DNA of 64,000 nucleotides from Lama guanicoe (Eukaryota). Both the position numbers and the translations under genes were made by a program. Under the pieces are notes generated by a model. It saw nothing but the letters and a program-made list of their open reading frames with translations. It did not search any database and was not told the origin of the DNA. The stretch is from contig MU053304.1 in the NCBI GenBank assembly GCA_013239625.1, positions 2,480,001 to 2,544,000 of the forward strand, read 5' to 3'. How positions within the stretch are numbered: position 1 is the first letter of the stretch; every line of letters starts with the position of its first letter. Below, in pieces: positions 63,060 through 64,000 of this stretch.

Positions 63060-63830
63060 TTTCCATTAACACTGCTACCACTACCTTCACTTTACTGTCA
63101 AAGTTCCTGAAATAATGATCAAATTACCTTTCCTCAGATGCTTGCTTGCATTGTAGGATTTTAAATTCTAAATTATTCTGCTGTCAATCCATGGAAGTCA
63201 TCAAATTTAATGATCTTTCATAAATCCTCCCTCTTTAGTATTAATCTGTTCTATTTTGCACACTTTGTCCCCTCACAGTCTTCTGTCCCCATATCTGTCT
63301 TCCATGCCCCTAGCACTGCTCCAATTTTGTTCTTTACTCTTTCATTTTTTTGAAAGTTTTTATTCTTCCTTCTGGAACATTTCTCATATTGTGACTTTGG
63401 TATTATCTTTTTAGCTCTCTTTTTACTCTATCCTTGATATCAAATCTGTGGTTTCAACAGCCATGGCCAGTTTGGTTTTAGTCTTATATCTCTCAGCCAC
63501 TGAAGTCCTTTGGTGAAAGGGAGGTTGATGAAAGGAGAGAGAGACATTCTCCAGTCCTGACCTTTTCCTTACATGTCCTGTCATCTGCTGGTGTGTCCCG
63601 ATGATATCTCCAACTCAACTTGACCTTCAGTCCAGTCCATTCCCTTACTCTGTATCATTAATGCCATAGTTTATTAACTTCTCAGCTAATCTGATTTAAA
63701 GCCTTTTATTCATCCATAATTTTTCCTTCTACTTTCAATCAATCATAAAAATCTATAAACTCTGTCTCCACATGGCCATTCAACAAATGACCCAATCTAC
63801 TTTTCCAGCCATCTTTTCTACTGCTTACAG
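63060..63830 (+). mobile_element. Degraded L2 fragments
   Basis: Pyrimidine-rich L2-like motifs (ttatatctctcagcc, tgtcccgatgatatctccaactcaact, aatctacttttccagccatcttttctact). Confidence 0.45.
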
Positions 63831-64000
63831 ATGAAAGCTAACATTAATCTCATCATACAATAGCAGAGTTCATACATTATTTATTTATTTATTTACTTTT
63901 AAAAGGATGGTGGAGGATGATGTTTCCATCATTCCCAATTACAAAATGTGTTTTGCAAAGATAATTAACATGCCCAATGTCACATTTCTAATAAGTGACA

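Noticed and set aside
1..64000. CRISPR arrays, operons, numts or endogenous viral coding regions
   Set aside because: No repeat-spacer arrays, gene-dense structure, mitochondrial-like or gag/pol/env-like sequence recognised by eye; faint homology cannot be excluded without a search.

Overview
Mammalian non-coding DNA, intergenic or deep intronic and roughly 40% GC by eye. It is probably camelid (Camelus/Vicugna/Lama), based on a Vic-1-type tRNA-derived SINE at ~35.7-35.9 kb and artiodactyl-type L1 3' tails. I find no supportable host protein-coding exon, RNA gene or CpG island. The ORF track is almost all chance ORFs, except for translations from transposon fossils: L1/HAL1 ORF1 at ~10.6 kb, a possible CR1 RT at ~51.4 kb and L1 ORF2 at ~56.8 kb. 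A hAT transposase C-terminus can also be read by hand at ~39.5-40.1 kb. The window is a layered mosaic of MIR, L2, old L1M/HAL1, MaLR/ERVL LTRs, hAT and Tigger fossils, overlaid by younger L1 tails with target-site duplications (TSDs), one SINE and an ERV1-type solo LTR. The clearest structures are a twin-primed 5'-inverted L1 nested in a MaLR LTR, a two-ended Zaphod-like hAT element with two nested insertions, two perfect palindromes and several repeat-free, motif-dense enhancer candidates. I found no convincing novel biological system. Repeat family names come from recalled consensus sequences, not a database search, and most boundaries are approximate.
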